DNA from: Rhizophagus irregularis
Taxonomy: Eukaryota
NCBI RefSeq assembly: GCF_026210795.1
Contig: NC_089429.1
Location: 4,340,001-4,404,000 of the forward strand
Direction of reading: 5' to 3'
DNA: 64,000 bases
Position numbers and translations under genes: made by a program. The notes under the pieces were generated by a model. That model ran no database searches, was not told the origin of the DNA, and saw only the letters and a program-made list of their open reading frames with translations. Of this stretch, positions 25,401 to 35,610 are shown piece after piece; position 1 is the first letter of the stretch; each line of letters opens with the position of its first letter.

Positions 25401-27971
25401 AGAAAGGCGATCTTCAATTCCTCGTTTAGATGAAGCAATCAAAGTAGAGTCATCCATAAATGTGATATGTGAAACAGGAAGGTTGTGTTGTTCATATTTA
25501 ATCGGAGAATAGTATAATAAAGCAGAGGATTTCAAAATAAAAGGATCACAAGCTTCTCGATTAAGCGTCGTAAGTAAAGGATCCAAATAAATCACCCATA
25601 ATAACGGGGAAATAATTTCACCCTGATCAATACCGATTCTAACTCTATATCCGGAAGTATCACCATAATGGGTAATAATTTTGTTATTGCGTCTTGTGAA
25701 AAGATTGATAATAAATTTTATCAACAGGGGCGGGATATGTAAACGGATTAAAGCCAGCTTGAGCATATTTAAATCAATTGAGTCAAAGGCCTTAAAAATG
25801 TCCTGAGAAACAATCCATAATTCTTGGTCATCAGATTTGTCGAAACGGCGTTGGTGAATAATAGCATCAAGCATTTTAATAGGAATGTCAGTGGAACCGC
25901 CTGGCAATCCAGCAAAATTACCACCTTGGAGCACTTGATTGTCAGCTAAGATTTTTGAAAGGCGAGTTGTAACGACCTTAACCACACATTTTCGTACTGT
26001 TTCCAATAGAGTGATAGGGTGCGTATTCTTCAATTGGGCGTCAAATTCATGAGGCTTTGGAATGGGATAAACAAGCGCTTCACGCCAATCAGCAGGAATA
26101 TCTCCATGAATCAGACAGGCGTTAGCTAAAATAAGGGATAAATTGAAAGCTTCGCCAGTTAAATGTTTGAGCATCTCATAAGAAATTTTGGAAGGACCAG
26201 AGGCTTTGTTATTAGGCATAGAATTGAGAATGGTCTTCCATTCATCTTCCAGAATAGGAGACATGACCGAATTATATAATGTCGAATCAATATCAGAAAG
26301 AGGAGTGTATGCTCTTTGCCAACGTGGAGGAAATGAATCCGTAGAAGAATACTGGACCAAAGGAGGAGTAACAACCGATTGGAAATGTTTAATAGCAGCT
26401 TGTTTGATATCTGAAGGATCAGTAAGCAATGTGGGTTTGGAGTCAATTACAACCAAAACTCTGTCAAGAACGATAGAACGATGTTCCACTGATAGGGCTG
26501 AAGAAATAAAGGAGCCCGGAGATGTAGAGAAATGTTCATCTCTAAGAGCAGTATAATATTCAACGGAATCCACATGATGTTGATGAAATTGCGTGGAAAG
26601 ATAAGCAGAGACCAAAGCTTTTTGTGAACGCAAAAATTTGACAAAAGTGGGAATTGGTGTTGTACTATAAGAAGGTATAGTATAATCTTTTAAAAGAGAT
26701 TTAAGGAGAGTTAATTGTGTAGGTAAAGAATTAATCATTTGTGTAATTTGAGCAGGACGACTAGACCTAGAAGTGGTCAATTTGAACAATAATCTATCCA
26801 AAAATTTGTTGATAGCAATAAGCATTGTAAGTTCCGGAGAATATTTATGGTGATGAGTATTGGATACATGTTGGAATGGTAGAGAATCAATAGCACCACC
26901 AAGAATAGAACGTTTAAGAGCATGCCAAAGTTTGTCCAATGAAAGAGCTGAAAGTGAAGATACTGAAGGGTGGTGTGTGGTCAAATATAACTCAAGACGT
27001 GAGTTTACTTCATTGGAAAATTTGTCCCAAGTATCTTCTTTCAAATTCTTGTAAAGAAAGATGGTGCGTTGTTCGCTTTTCTGCTTTAATCTAGCTTTGG
27101 ATAAAGTAGCGAAACATAAGCTAAAATCAAAGGCCGTTATAAGTACACGGTGATCAGTAAATTGATTGTTATTCAGCATAGGACAAGTTTCAACATGAGA
27201 GAAAAGGCCAGGAGCAGGAAATCCAGGGGATGACCAAATATAATCAAGTCTTGAAGAACCATTTTGATAATAAAAGGTAGGGCTAGGACCTGAAATTGAA
27301 GAGATATGGGATTGATGATCCGTAAAATATCGAGAAGAAAGTGATCGTAAAATTTTTAAATGATGTTGAGGAAGATGTGAATGTGAAATTTCATCTGCAT
27401 TAAAATTACCAAGGATAACTACATGATAGGTATTAGCGCGGGCTTTATCAAGCCATAAATTCAACTGAGCAAAAATAGTATCACGTTCTTTGTAATGAAT
27501 AGAATGATAAGGAGGAATATAAACAGAAATAATAGAAATTTTTGTTTGATGGAAAAAAAGATCTAATTTTAATAAACGACCTTTCCAAGGATCGATCTTC
27601 TGGACATGTTTATGTAAAGGATGGCGAAGCAAAAGACCAACACCATCATGTGGTCGTGAATTACAAGGGGAAGGAGCCCAATATGACTTAAAATTATATA
27701 AGGAATGTTCATTTTGATAAATAAAGTTAGCACCAGAAGAAGTAAGGCGAGTATCATTTAAGGATAAAACGCCAAAGGAGGAATGGAGAAAATAATTTAA
27801 CAAATGCAGTTGTTGAACAGGAGAACACAAACCATTGACATTGATTTGTCCAAAATTAATAAGGGGGGAAGAAGGAGAAGAGAGATTATTAGGATTATTA
27901 AAATTAGATATCGCACTATTAGGGGGGTGAAATCCCTGTGATACACCCGATATAAATTGGTGTTCAATCAT
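22497..27971 (-). CDS. LINE ORF2: APE endonuclease - reverse transcriptase - RNase H - C-terminal Cys/His motif (about 1824 aa from the ATG at 27971)
   Basis: NVNG, GNFN, SRLDYIW, TDH (APE); KAFDS, GIDQGEIISPLL, FMDD (RT); YIDGS, ATDC, KVPAH..NNHVDALAK (RNase H); CPQC..ETLDHLWTC. Confidence 0.93.
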   Translation of the reverse strand: MIEHQFISGVSQGFHPPNSAISNFNNPNNLSSPSSPLINFGQINVNGLCSPVQQLHLLNYFLHSSFGVLSLNDTRLTSSGANFIYQNEHSLYNFKSYWAPSPCNSRPHDGVGLLLRHPLHKHVQKIDPWKGRLLKLDLFFHQTKISIISVYIPPYHSIHYKERDTIFAQLNLWLDKARANTYHVVILGNFNADEISHSHLPQHHLKILRSLSSRYFTDHQSHISSISGPSPTFYYQNGSSRLDYIWSSPGFPAPGLFSHVETCPMLNNNQFTDHRVLITAFDFSLCFATLSKARLKQKSEQRTIFLYKNLKEDTWDKFSNEVNSRLELYLTTHHPSVSSLSALSLDKLWHALKRSILGGAIDSLPFQHVSNTHHHKYSPELTMLIAINKFLDRLLFKLTTSRSSRPAQITQMINSLPTQLTLLKSLLKDYTIPSYSTTPIPTFVKFLRSQKALVSAYLSTQFHQHHVDSVEYYTALRDEHFSTSPGSFISSALSVEHRSIVLDRVLVVIDSKPTLLTDPSDIKQAAIKHFQSVVTPPLVQYSSTDSFPPRWQRAYTPLSDIDSTLYNSVMSPILEDEWKTILNSMPNNKASGPSKISYEMLKHLTGEAFNLSLILANACLIHGDIPADWREALVYPIPKPHEFDAQLKNTHPITLLETVRKCVVKVVTTRLSKILADNQVLQGGNFAGLPGGSTDIPIKMLDAIIHQRRFDKSDDQELWIVSQDIFKAFDSIDLNMLKLALIRLHIPPLLIKFIINLFTRRNNKIITHYGDTSGYRVRIGIDQGEIISPLLWVIYLDPLLTTLNREACDPFILKSSALLYYSPIKYEQHNLPVSHITFMDDSTLIASSKRGIEDRLSITAEFYTLNNTQANSAKYILLSSEQFSQTIVFDLSPSPLISSPTLTLKALALSTFFRFLGVWFCLSASSRFVHNQTASMVKDMAALLSPKKLLAQHIAYLYNVVLLPRLEFRLQTTLFAESTINRMVSPMLSLIRQKAGFASVTPLSALFTMLPFSIQQAFGRFLSSHVASWQKIFSHPSYKLFANYMITYLQSFLDCDACPSTIDLEPWSHTLSLRTHSLFNSLLFSSRLNITWSLLFRPPRKDLRPAIPLWSILPKDLFTSMKNVQKNFCTRFLAQLITPCGSRLLSWKDLRFLKRVSNKGFVPAWFNYLFNLIVVPNSPSFFILQQFRIPNSHTVASISFIDISRNYWFNPQWAISFNRNTNSFLVGRVITTYPAPRNEALISHWIASSVDDLLSDFTACQGCASALPRSSTSKTLLKRCPSEKCFSYVSLSSLIRYPTKPRTYIHADTRSVSLSASLGYAKSLLLFHLFAPDRLPSLNVLMPRISDIQLPSSVSTLYIDGSFLPPSSHPISSMAYAWTAMDPDGFILESYYNIISSIFPSALRSEIFALLHGLDSLPRYSKITVATDCAQLLSLWSLYVDAPFIPKLLKEPNHLLWFSIRAITSTKNLDVTLIKVPAHADDPLNNHVDALAKAAHMDSYLSSRPLLELLALCTLQFNSLPVDMNIRKFIRDIFDAKSLLTLAVLPRFNSYSSTSDIDWACTKFCLTNNKHFVSHRNGRSEFYGFRIKLLLDMLPTLTTLQRRKPHLYNLSWLCPQCNSSPETLDHLWTCPYILPEFSPLNTFKILLLALRTNYLNKFISTSSSSPLPDSFAADFMALNCWDCDPPSISCLRLARGLIPISLTTFLGNYFSSFTIWSILDTPLHDFHFDLYVQIWLCRSIFFHHWESAQGITKKIKSSALGPSTFFYSSSNIPSDYSTPSLATVSLDSWVSWVSSYIIHGGSWISHLDFWRRLTVQPLLRISFW

Positions 27972-30087
27972 TGGAAGGGGAGGGTTTTGAAGGAGAGAAG
28001 GAGTCCAATTTTTCCATAATTGAACCAAGTTGGGCAGAAAGGTTCTTTTGTGTATTAGTAACATTAAAGATTTCTGTTTGTAGACGGGAAGAATTAGCAT
28101 CAGGGGCAATAATAGTAGGTCGAGAATTAGGTAACGGAACATGTCGTCTCGATAGGACAGAGTTAGGATCCAAAGTTGAAAAGGAAGCATCTGGAGAAGT
28201 GCCCATAAGAGAAGGTGAAGTATGAGGAGGAAGATTGAATCCAGAATTCGTGTCATTGGCTTGGATATCATCCCATCCATTATCATAAGAATGGTTATCG
28301 TGATCATTATGAGGTGGGTACAAATCTGAATCACCCGGATTATTGTTATCATAATTCATCATTGATTCGAGTTCAGATATTCTATAATCATGATTTGTAA
28401 TAGTATCCTGCATCCAGGAAACAGTTGCATCGAGAGATTTAAGGGTAGTAGCAATCTCTTTGATCTGCGCCTTTAATTCATCAATAACATGTTGAGGAAG
28501 TACATGAGCAGGGCTGTCAGATGGCGAAGTAGGTGTAGAACTGATAGAATGAGGTTGGTCTGGAGATTGAGTAGGACCGGAGGAATTACCATTGTTCCGG
28601 GGGTTGTTATTATTGTTGGACCAGTTACTGCTTCGAGAAGTATTAGGACAGGAAGTGTTAGTGTTATTGTTGTTGTTGTTATTGTTGTTGGAACGGGGTG
28701 AAGAGGAATTGTTATTGCTGGATCTAGAATTGGATCGCGATCGTGAATGGGAGGTGGAATTGTCACGTGATTGACGCGAATCCTGACGTCCACGTCTAGG
28801 GCCAGCATTAAAGCGAGAATAAAGTTTGTTAAGGCGATCGTCTACTTTCCGTGTGGTATGAGGATTACACACAGAAGGTGAACAACCAGGACGCCCACAA
28901 ACATGGCATAAAATTTGTGCTTCATTAGGAGGGTGCCAAGTTAATCCTTTGCCGCGGAAAGCCACGGTCATTTCTTTGGCAGCTTCAAGAGATTCGAACG
29001 AGGAGAAATTCAAATATACATAGGGTTTAGGTTTGTAGGAATTAATAGATAGAGGAATGTTAAGGGCCTTAGCATTAACTTGAGTAGCAATTTCAAGCAG
29101 ATCAGCTTCTTTAATATTCTTTGGAATGCCGGCAAGAATAGCGACATGTTTTCTGCGGCTATCGCGTTGGGATTTCAAAAAGGATGCCGGGCAGACACGT
29201 AAAGAGTTACCAAGGCAAATGATCGCCCAAATATCATTAAATTGGGTAATTGCATCCGCGGAGGAAAACTGTATATGTCCATTATAATAATGCTTCCTAG
29301 GAGTAAGTTTGCACTTAATTACAGTGCCATATCGGGAAAATGCTTGGCGGACTTGAGTCTCATTTAGGAAAAGAGGGATATCAGTGACAAACAAAGACTT
29401 CGCTTCGTCGCTGAGTTTGGCATCTGCAGGGGAATAATGGGTGAAGACTAAATTGAGAAGATCAGCACGTGGAGAGGTGACACAATCGGTAAAATCCTGT
29501 TGATCATTAAAGAAGACAAGGATCTTTTTGTTATCTCCTGAGCCATCGCAGCGTGCGCGGGCACCATAGGAAGGATATCGGGAGAGTGAACAATCCACTT
29601 CGTCACACATGGAGCGATTAGTGGTGAATTTAGTTTTGAACGCGTCAGGCGCGTCACGTAGGTAGGCCGCAGCATGATAGCGAGAAGGTGCGGATTTGAT
29701 AGCAGCAGCATTACCATCGGGAGATGGTCGTCGTTCTGGGATATCGAAAGCAACAGCTTTGCCTTTGCCGCCGGTGTTAGAGGGAGCATGAATAGAAGCG
29801 TCAACAGTTTCAACAGGAGTAGTAGTATTAAGAGGAGGGATGATCACTTGGACTTTGTTGACAGGGAGACCAGAAGGAACAGTAGAAGTAAGGGTGGGAG
29901 CAGGAGCTGGGGGCGAAGTTATATCAACATTCATCGCGTCATCAGAGACAGTACGTGTATGTTTATTAGGTGCGCCAGCAGTACTAGTGGGAGATAAAGG
30001 TCGATCTCCAGAGGGAGTAGAAACAACATGACGTGGTGGCAGCGGGATATCCGGGTTAATAACAGAAGGAGCTGGAGGTGTAGTCAT
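27964..30087 (-). CDS. LINE ORF1 nucleic-acid-binding protein (RRM-like domains, Cys motif, coiled coil), 707 aa
   Basis: LFVTDIP..QVRQAFSRYGTV and YVYLNFSS RRM-like segments; CHVCGRPGCSPSVC; stop overlaps the ORF2 ATG. Confidence 0.88.
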   Translation of the reverse strand: MTTPPAPSVINPDIPLPPRHVVSTPSGDRPLSPTSTAGAPNKHTRTVSDDAMNVDITSPPAPAPTLTSTVPSGLPVNKVQVIIPPLNTTTPVETVDASIHAPSNTGGKGKAVAFDIPERRPSPDGNAAAIKSAPSRYHAAAYLRDAPDAFKTKFTTNRSMCDEVDCSLSRYPSYGARARCDGSGDNKKILVFFNDQQDFTDCVTSPRADLLNLVFTHYSPADAKLSDEAKSLFVTDIPLFLNETQVRQAFSRYGTVIKCKLTPRKHYYNGHIQFSSADAITQFNDIWAIICLGNSLRVCPASFLKSQRDSRRKHVAILAGIPKNIKEADLLEIATQVNAKALNIPLSINSYKPKPYVYLNFSSFESLEAAKEMTVAFRGKGLTWHPPNEAQILCHVCGRPGCSPSVCNPHTTRKVDDRLNKLYSRFNAGPRRGRQDSRQSRDNSTSHSRSRSNSRSSNNNSSSPRSNNNNNNNNNTNTSCPNTSRSSNWSNNNNNPRNNGNSSGPTQSPDQPHSISSTPTSPSDSPAHVLPQHVIDELKAQIKEIATTLKSLDATVSWMQDTITNHDYRISELESMMNYDNNNPGDSDLYPPHNDHDNHSYDNGWDDIQANDTNSGFNLPPHTSPSLMGTSPDASFSTLDPNSVLSRRHVPLPNSRPTIIAPDANSSRLQTEIFNVTNTQKNLSAQLGSIMEKLDSFSPSKPSPSND

Positions 30088-30329
30088 AGTTTAGAGCTCA
30101 GTAAAGAGGAAAGCAACTGGGAAAATATTAGTATTTAGAACGAGCACTTAGAAATTTTCGAATGAAAATTTCAAAAATAATTTTTATTGGTATTTTCAAA
30201 AATTCAGGAAAGAGTTATATTTGGTGATTATAAAGAGATGTGACTATATAAAAAATTTCTTATATTTGTATATCATAATTCCGGCCAAAAATTAACATAA
30301 TTTTAGCCGAATTATACTTAAAACTTTAT

Positions 30330-30900
30330 TGTATTGTAACTTCGCCAATATTAATTGTAGAGAGATGATCTTACCGCCATTCGATTCGTATTGATGAGAC
30401 GGTTCTAATGGTTAAAATATGTCGAAATCAAATCACTAGATTAATTTCTGAAATTAAAAAAATATTAATGGTTTTTGTGTAATAACTCTGCCAATATTGA
30501 TCCTAGAAAGACGATCTTACTACCATTCGATTCGTCTTGATGAGACGAATCTAAGGGTATAAAATACATCGAAATCCAATCACTAAATCAATTTCTGAAA
30601 TTAAAAAATATTAAATGGTTTTTAAGTAATAACTCCGTCAATATTGATCACAGAGAGATGAGCTTACCACCATTCGATTCGTCTCGATGAGGCGATTCCA
30701 ACGAGCTATAAATCGTCTTTTTACAATCACTAGGTACCGAGAAATCTAGCAAAATGTTAAATGGCACAGTAAACGTAAATCAAGAAATATTATAATGCTG
30801 ATGTTTAACATTTTGTTAAATAACTCGTCAGCCAGTGATTGTAAAAGGATAAAACTACCACCATTCGATTCGTCTCAGTGAGACGATTCTAACAAGCTAT
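30330..30900 (+). repeat. Four copies of a module centred on the palindrome ccattcgattcgtct-n5-agacgaatc
   Basis: Copies at about 30377, 30523, 30670, 30861; first three about 146 bp apart. Confidence 0.8.
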
Positions 30901-31136
30901 GATACATCTTTGTACGATTATTAGATGCCAAGTTATTTAATATATTCTTTATATAACTGTGATTATAAACAGTTCTTTTTAATATAAGATTTTTGAGGAT
31001 AGGTGTGATAGTGACTATAGATAGATTGTGACTATATAGGATAGATTTTAATAATAAAGTGTTTTGAACATTCAACTGGTGTGACTATATAGTAGAATGT
31101 GACTATAACGGGAGTAACTATAGAGGGAGTTGACTG

Positions 31137-31250
31137 TACTTCGATATTTATTATACTTCGATATTTATTATACTTTGATATTTATACTTTGATATTTATA
31201 CTTTGATATTTATACTTCGATATTTATACTTCGATATTTATACTTCGATA
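31137..31250 (+). repeat. 13-16-bp minisatellite (tacttcgatattta) in an intron
   Basis: About 8 copies right after the pogo-like TIR. Confidence 0.85.
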
Positions 31251-32643
31251 TATCACTCTTGTTCCTTTCTTTATTTTGTATTTATTTTATTTATATTGTC
31301 TTTTTTAGCTAAAAAATTTACTTCGAAACGTCATTGACTCACATTCGGCAGATATTCAAATGGCAAAATTATAACAACTTCGCCAGTATGATGATGAAGT
31401 TCAACACTTCGACCGAATGCATCCTGAAGATGCTCCACAATGGTCATATGTTGAGCAAGAGGATTTTATATATGATACGGAAATCGATAGTAGAAGTGGT
31501 TTCGACAAAGATAAAGACTATGGTGAAGAAACGGAAGAGGTGTTAATCGATAGTCAAAAAAGTGCAGCCGGTGATGATTTAGCTGAATGAAGTGGAACTA
31601 TCGATTACATTTATTTTAAATTTTTTTTTTCATGTATTATTCGTAAATATTTTTGATAATTAATATATAACGATAATAAATTTAAATCAAATTTTCTATA
31701 TATAATAATTTTCCGAATTTAGTATGATTTAGTTCTGATTTATGTCTGATTTAAGTTTCGAAGTACATCTGATTGACTGTCCGAATTTAGTATGATTTAG
31801 TTCTGATTTATGTCCGATTTAAGTTCTGAAGTACATCTGATTGGCAGTCAATCAGATAACAATCGGAATATATTTTTTTTGTAAAAATCGGACATATTTC
31901 AGCTGTAATTTGACCTAAAATCAGATATCCGATTTTTAGCTGATTTGCCTTATTTCGACTAGTGGCAAATCCCGAAGTTCCTCTTCTATGAATTTTTAGC
32001 CACCATATATATAGCTTGACCAAATCGAATACCAGCTACAACTACTGTATTTCTAGCATTAGCATTTGGTGCATTTACAGGAGCATTAGTAGAACAGCCA
32101 CCTGCTATACGCCAGTCTTCATTCCAAGCATCTTCTACAGCTCTTAACTTGACTATTGCATTTCCTGGTTGGCCAACAGCCTCATTTAATGCATTAACTC
32201 CTATTTGTACTGCAGTTCGCCCATTTACTGCAACTAAGTTAGCCTGCCCTGTATTATCGAGTAAGTTAGTTAGCTTCCAATTCTGCTTTGTAGTAATCTC
32301 ATCATCGAACCATTCTAAAGTCCTTCCTCTCATATATACAGGCTCTTAAATGTCCTATTGCATTATCTCTTCCTATTGGAGGACCTGCTGCATTATCATT
32401 TAGATCTATTTCTCGATTCTGCAAGTCTAGTCTAAGTTATGCAAGAAAGTCTGGGATACTATCATCCCAGTCAAAATATGGATGAGGTATTCCTGCCATG
32501 TTTACTTGATTAGGTGGATTATTCTGAAACGCCAAAATTTGTCTCTGTAAATTTAAATTATTCTGGCGCTCTGCTTAGGTCTTATTTTCCATTTCTCGTA
32601 TCGTTCATAGAGCCTGTCTCGATTAACTTCTAACAGACCTATA

Positions 32644-32799
32644 TATACATGTCACCCAAATTATTTTGGACTGCCGTAATTATAAGTAAAATCCCAAATT
32701 CAATTATGGCATCCCAAATTATTTTGGCACTTTACATAGTAAATTATATATAAACCGAATGAATTATGGCATTCCAAAATAATTTGGGCAGCATATATA
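32644..32799. mobile_element. Short MITE
   Basis: About 38-bp imperfect TIRs (..cccaaattattttgga.tgcc.taatt); flanking direct repeat (a)gacctata(t), 8-10 bp. Confidence 0.8.
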
Positions 32800-32894
32800 G
32801 ACCTATATCCCTTCTACTTCGCTGTAAGTGGTGGGCATTTTCCTAATACAATAATTGTAAGGCAAATTTTTCTTGTATCAGCACACCTATACGG

Positions 32895-33545
32895 TGTCAC
32901 CGATACCTGCCACATATCAGCAGATTAAACTCATACTCAGTTCAATATTATGCTTGGTTTAGATTTCATTTTCTCTTAACTTCTCGCTCTCTTTCTTTTA
33001 CATTCATAATATTCCCAAAATATTATTCTTTATGTAATATTTATTCTTTCAAATATTACCACTTTATTTCTTACAAACTGCGAGAGTTCTCTTAACTTCT
33101 TACTACAATTCATATAATAATCAAACTGGGATAATTTCCCTTACTTTACTTCTCTGGACTTATAATATAATATTAATTAATTCTCAAGCGTACAATGAGC
33201 ATATTCATATTTGAATAACTTTTAATAATTAATATTTAACATTATTTTATTTGAGCCAAAAATTGACTGCGGAATTCCTATCGAATCCCACCTATATTTA
33301 TACATTTTTAAGAAAATTATTTCTACTATTTCTAACTTTTCTACTAATAAAAATTTAAGAATAATAAGAAAATAAAGATGTATTATCATATAACTATCTC
33401 GTGACTAAACTAAACTATAAATATTATTTTATCGGTTAATTATTTATCCTTCGGCTAATTATTTATCCGTATTATATTTTCAGTTAACTAATTATCACTA
33501 TCTAACATTAATTTCTATGTAATCTATCCCATATCTTCGGTTACA
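32895..33545. mobile_element. TGT...ACA insert with 4-bp TSD (solo LTR or Ginger-like)
   Basis: Ends tgtcaccga / tcggttaca; TSD acgg / acag; removal restores the host frame; internal homology (inverted) to 58376-58860. Confidence 0.8.
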
Positions 33546-34622
33546 ACAGGCTTGTTTTCTTGCCATATTACCTATCATTCTATTTACCTGGTTTTGAGTA
33601 TTAGTTTGATATTGATGGAGATCACCAATAACATTAGTTATCCTACCTTCAGCAAGTTGCCTTCGTATAATTTCATTATCACGCTTAGCTTCTGCATCAT
33701 AATGCCTTCGTTGCTCACGGACTAAATCCTGATGCAAATTATTTTCTTTTCAGCGTATCTGTCTTGTAGCTTTTTTTATTTGGTCTATAAGAATATCCCT
33801 AGTTGTTGCTCGATTATCCACATATATATAACCATCTATAGCATTTGCTAGCTCTGTGATTGTGGCCATATTATCATCAGAATTATACAAGTCTAGAGAA
33901 TTCCCTTATTCAGGCAAATTTTTTCGCGATGAAATGCTTCTGATCTGGCATCGCAATTTCTTAACTTGTTCCTCAGATTCTATTAACTGCTCTTCTAAAC
34001 TAGAAATATATTTCCCTTATCTCGCACATAATTCCTAGCTTTATATAGCTGACTTTTTAGGGTAGAGATTTCAGATTTTAACCCTACTATTTCTTCTTTC
34101 AAAACATTTTCAAGGCACTCTATCTTCTTATTGAGATCTTGAATTTCTTGCTCACATCGGGTATAATCCCGTTTCAGTTGATTAATTCGTCTTTCATTCT
34201 GGCGATTAGTATCAACTTCTATTTGCAATTCACTATGAAGATGATAGTTCTCTTCTTCCAGCTCAACTTTATGTTCTTCATATGTTCTTCTCTGTCTTGG
34301 GTGTGATCTGCAAAATGACATTCTTTTTTTGTAATTATAAAAAAGAATGGAAGAACCCCTTAAATCAATTTATATCAATCTTCAGAAAGCACATGATCTT
34401 AACTGGGATCTGGGTTAAGGACTAATCTGAAAAATTTGGCAGGTGATACATTTTATGTATAGCGCCTTCAACCAATTTTATTAGGCGATCATGTATGCAG
34501 ATTATTTAACATAAAAAAATAAAGAATAAGTTATACATTGCACCTTTGGCTAAATAATATTAATTTTCAGTTAAAAGCAATAGTTTATAATGTAGAATAT
34601 TTCTCAGAATCAGTCAAGTCAG

Positions 34623-35231
34623 TTAAACAATCATGATTAGTGTTCCATCCCTCAATCTCAACGCAGTGCCTTTTGGCTGTTTTGCATACCGAGATGAAAT
34701 AAATATTTCACCTATATCACTTTTGCAATTTGATAACTGATAAGAAGTTAGTGGAATCATTTCTTGGTTACCAGAGGTAACAGAAATACAAGCTGGCTCG
34801 AATTTTGGAGCACTTGGCATAGTATTTTCTGCTATAGTTGCTTTGGCTGAAAGGTAAGTTTCATAGCTGACTGAACGAGTATCATAATCATATGATACCG
34901 ATGCCAACTTATCCTTTTCTGAGTCTGAGGTAGATTGGGAGAAAAGCTCTAGACAAAGACGATTAATTTTAGCCTCTTCTTGTAATATGTATTGTTTATA
35001 TTGCCAGATCTGAAATTTCCTCCTATCAATAGCTTGGAGAATTTCTTTTCTTCTTACATGTTCAATTGGATTATCTTTGCTAACAATACATCTCTTTAAG
35101 TGGCCATCTCGATAGAGAAATTCACCTATAAGCCTTTCAGGGATGAATACTAGGGAGTCACACACACTATAATATATATAATTTGTTAGATTTCCACTAG
35201 GATGCTTTACCATCTTCATAAAACTTTGCAT
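34623..35231 (-). CDS. Intronless hypothetical protein, 202 aa, in the virus-like cluster
   Basis: Open ORF starting 6 bp after the upstream ORF ends; no recognised domain. Confidence 0.5.
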   Translation of the reverse strand: MQSFMKMVKHPSGNLTNYIYYSVCDSLVFIPERLIGEFLYRDGHLKRCIVSKDNPIEHVRRKEILQAIDRRKFQIWQYKQYILQEEAKINRLCLELFSQSTSDSEKDKLASVSYDYDTRSVSYETYLSAKATIAENTMPSAPKFEPACISVTSGNQEMIPLTSYQLSNCKSDIGEIFISSRYAKQPKGTALRLRDGTLIMIV

Positions 35232-35237
35232 ACATGG

Positions 35238-35447
35238 TTATATGCGAATATATCCATTCTTAGAAAATATTTTTGGGTTCTCTTCAAGTATTTTTCTAAA
35301 TGGACCATGAACATGAGAGTACCACATTTCTGGTGTTTCATTATCATATTTATATTGTAAAAAGTATATTGCTTTTATTATCTCATTATATTTATCATCA
35401 CGATCAGGCGAACAAAGCTTATAGTAGGCATTACTATCTAAATTCAT
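35238..35447 (-). CDS. Small intronless hypothetical protein, 69 aa
   Basis: ATG-initiated ORF tightly packed with 34623-35231. Confidence 0.4.
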   Translation of the reverse strand: MNLDSNAYYKLCSPDRDDKYNEIIKAIYFLQYKYDNETPEMWYSHVHGPFRKILEENPKIFSKNGYIRI

Positions 35448-35610
35448 CTTTATAAATCTTTAAGCGATAAAATAGTGTCTTTAGTGATTTATATTGTTTA
35501 TAGTGATTTATAGTGATTTATATCAGTTTGTAACAAGTACGGTATATTATAATAAATATCAGATTCATTTTTATTTGATTTGAATATATGTAAAACTTTA
35601 CTAATTCTCA

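Larger units (their letters stand above)
22233..30216 (-). mobile_element. Full-length non-LTR retrotransposon (LINE with RNase H)
   Basis: 15-bp TSD atatttggtgattat at 22218-22232 and 30217-30231; two long open ORFs. Confidence 0.95.
22178..31136. mobile_element. pogo/Tc1-mariner-type non-autonomous element in an intron of the CACTA second gene, split by a LINE
   Basis: 23-bp TIR cagtcaactctctttatagtcac / gtaactatagagggagttgactg, TA on both flanks; internal gtgactata repeats. Confidence 0.88.
20103..31590 (+). pseudogene. CACTA second gene (copy B): exons about 20103-22170 and 31309-31590, interrupted by a hAT MITE and a pogo/LINE nest
   Basis: MKMILKTI..LIPELQRAM..QLTNWLSALHKSRR, HSPEISESDEE..YDYSWRSQE|gt, then ag|LKNLLRNVID at 31309, matching copy A at 5117. 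Confidence 0.78.
6094..31964. mobile_element. CACTA element B (visible part), host of nested hAT, Gypsy, pogo-like, LINE and MITE insertions
   Basis: Transposase (-) and second gene (+) are divergent; right end tttcgactagtg at 31964 is CACTAGTCGAAA reversed; left end not in view. Confidence 0.7.
31965..34321 (-). pseudogene. Long coiled-coil ORF running into a Gag-like segment; split by two insertions and cut by the CACTA B end
   Basis: Removing 32895-33545 restores KQARIGVLIQEKF in frame; downstream MAGIPHPYFDWDDSIPDFL..LRAC(fs)MRGRTLEWFD resembles retrotransposon Gag; stops and frameshifts. Confidence 0.55.

Noticed and set aside
27972..28352. N-terminal 127 aa of the 1951-aa ORF as part of LINE ORF2
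   Set aside because: It overlaps ORF1 in another frame and looks like shadow sequence; the ATG at 27971 beside the ORF1 stop is the more plausible start
23552..30031. Short alternative-frame and antisense ORFs inside the LINE
   Set aside because: Expected shadow ORFs of long, GC-richer coding sequence; no independent motifs
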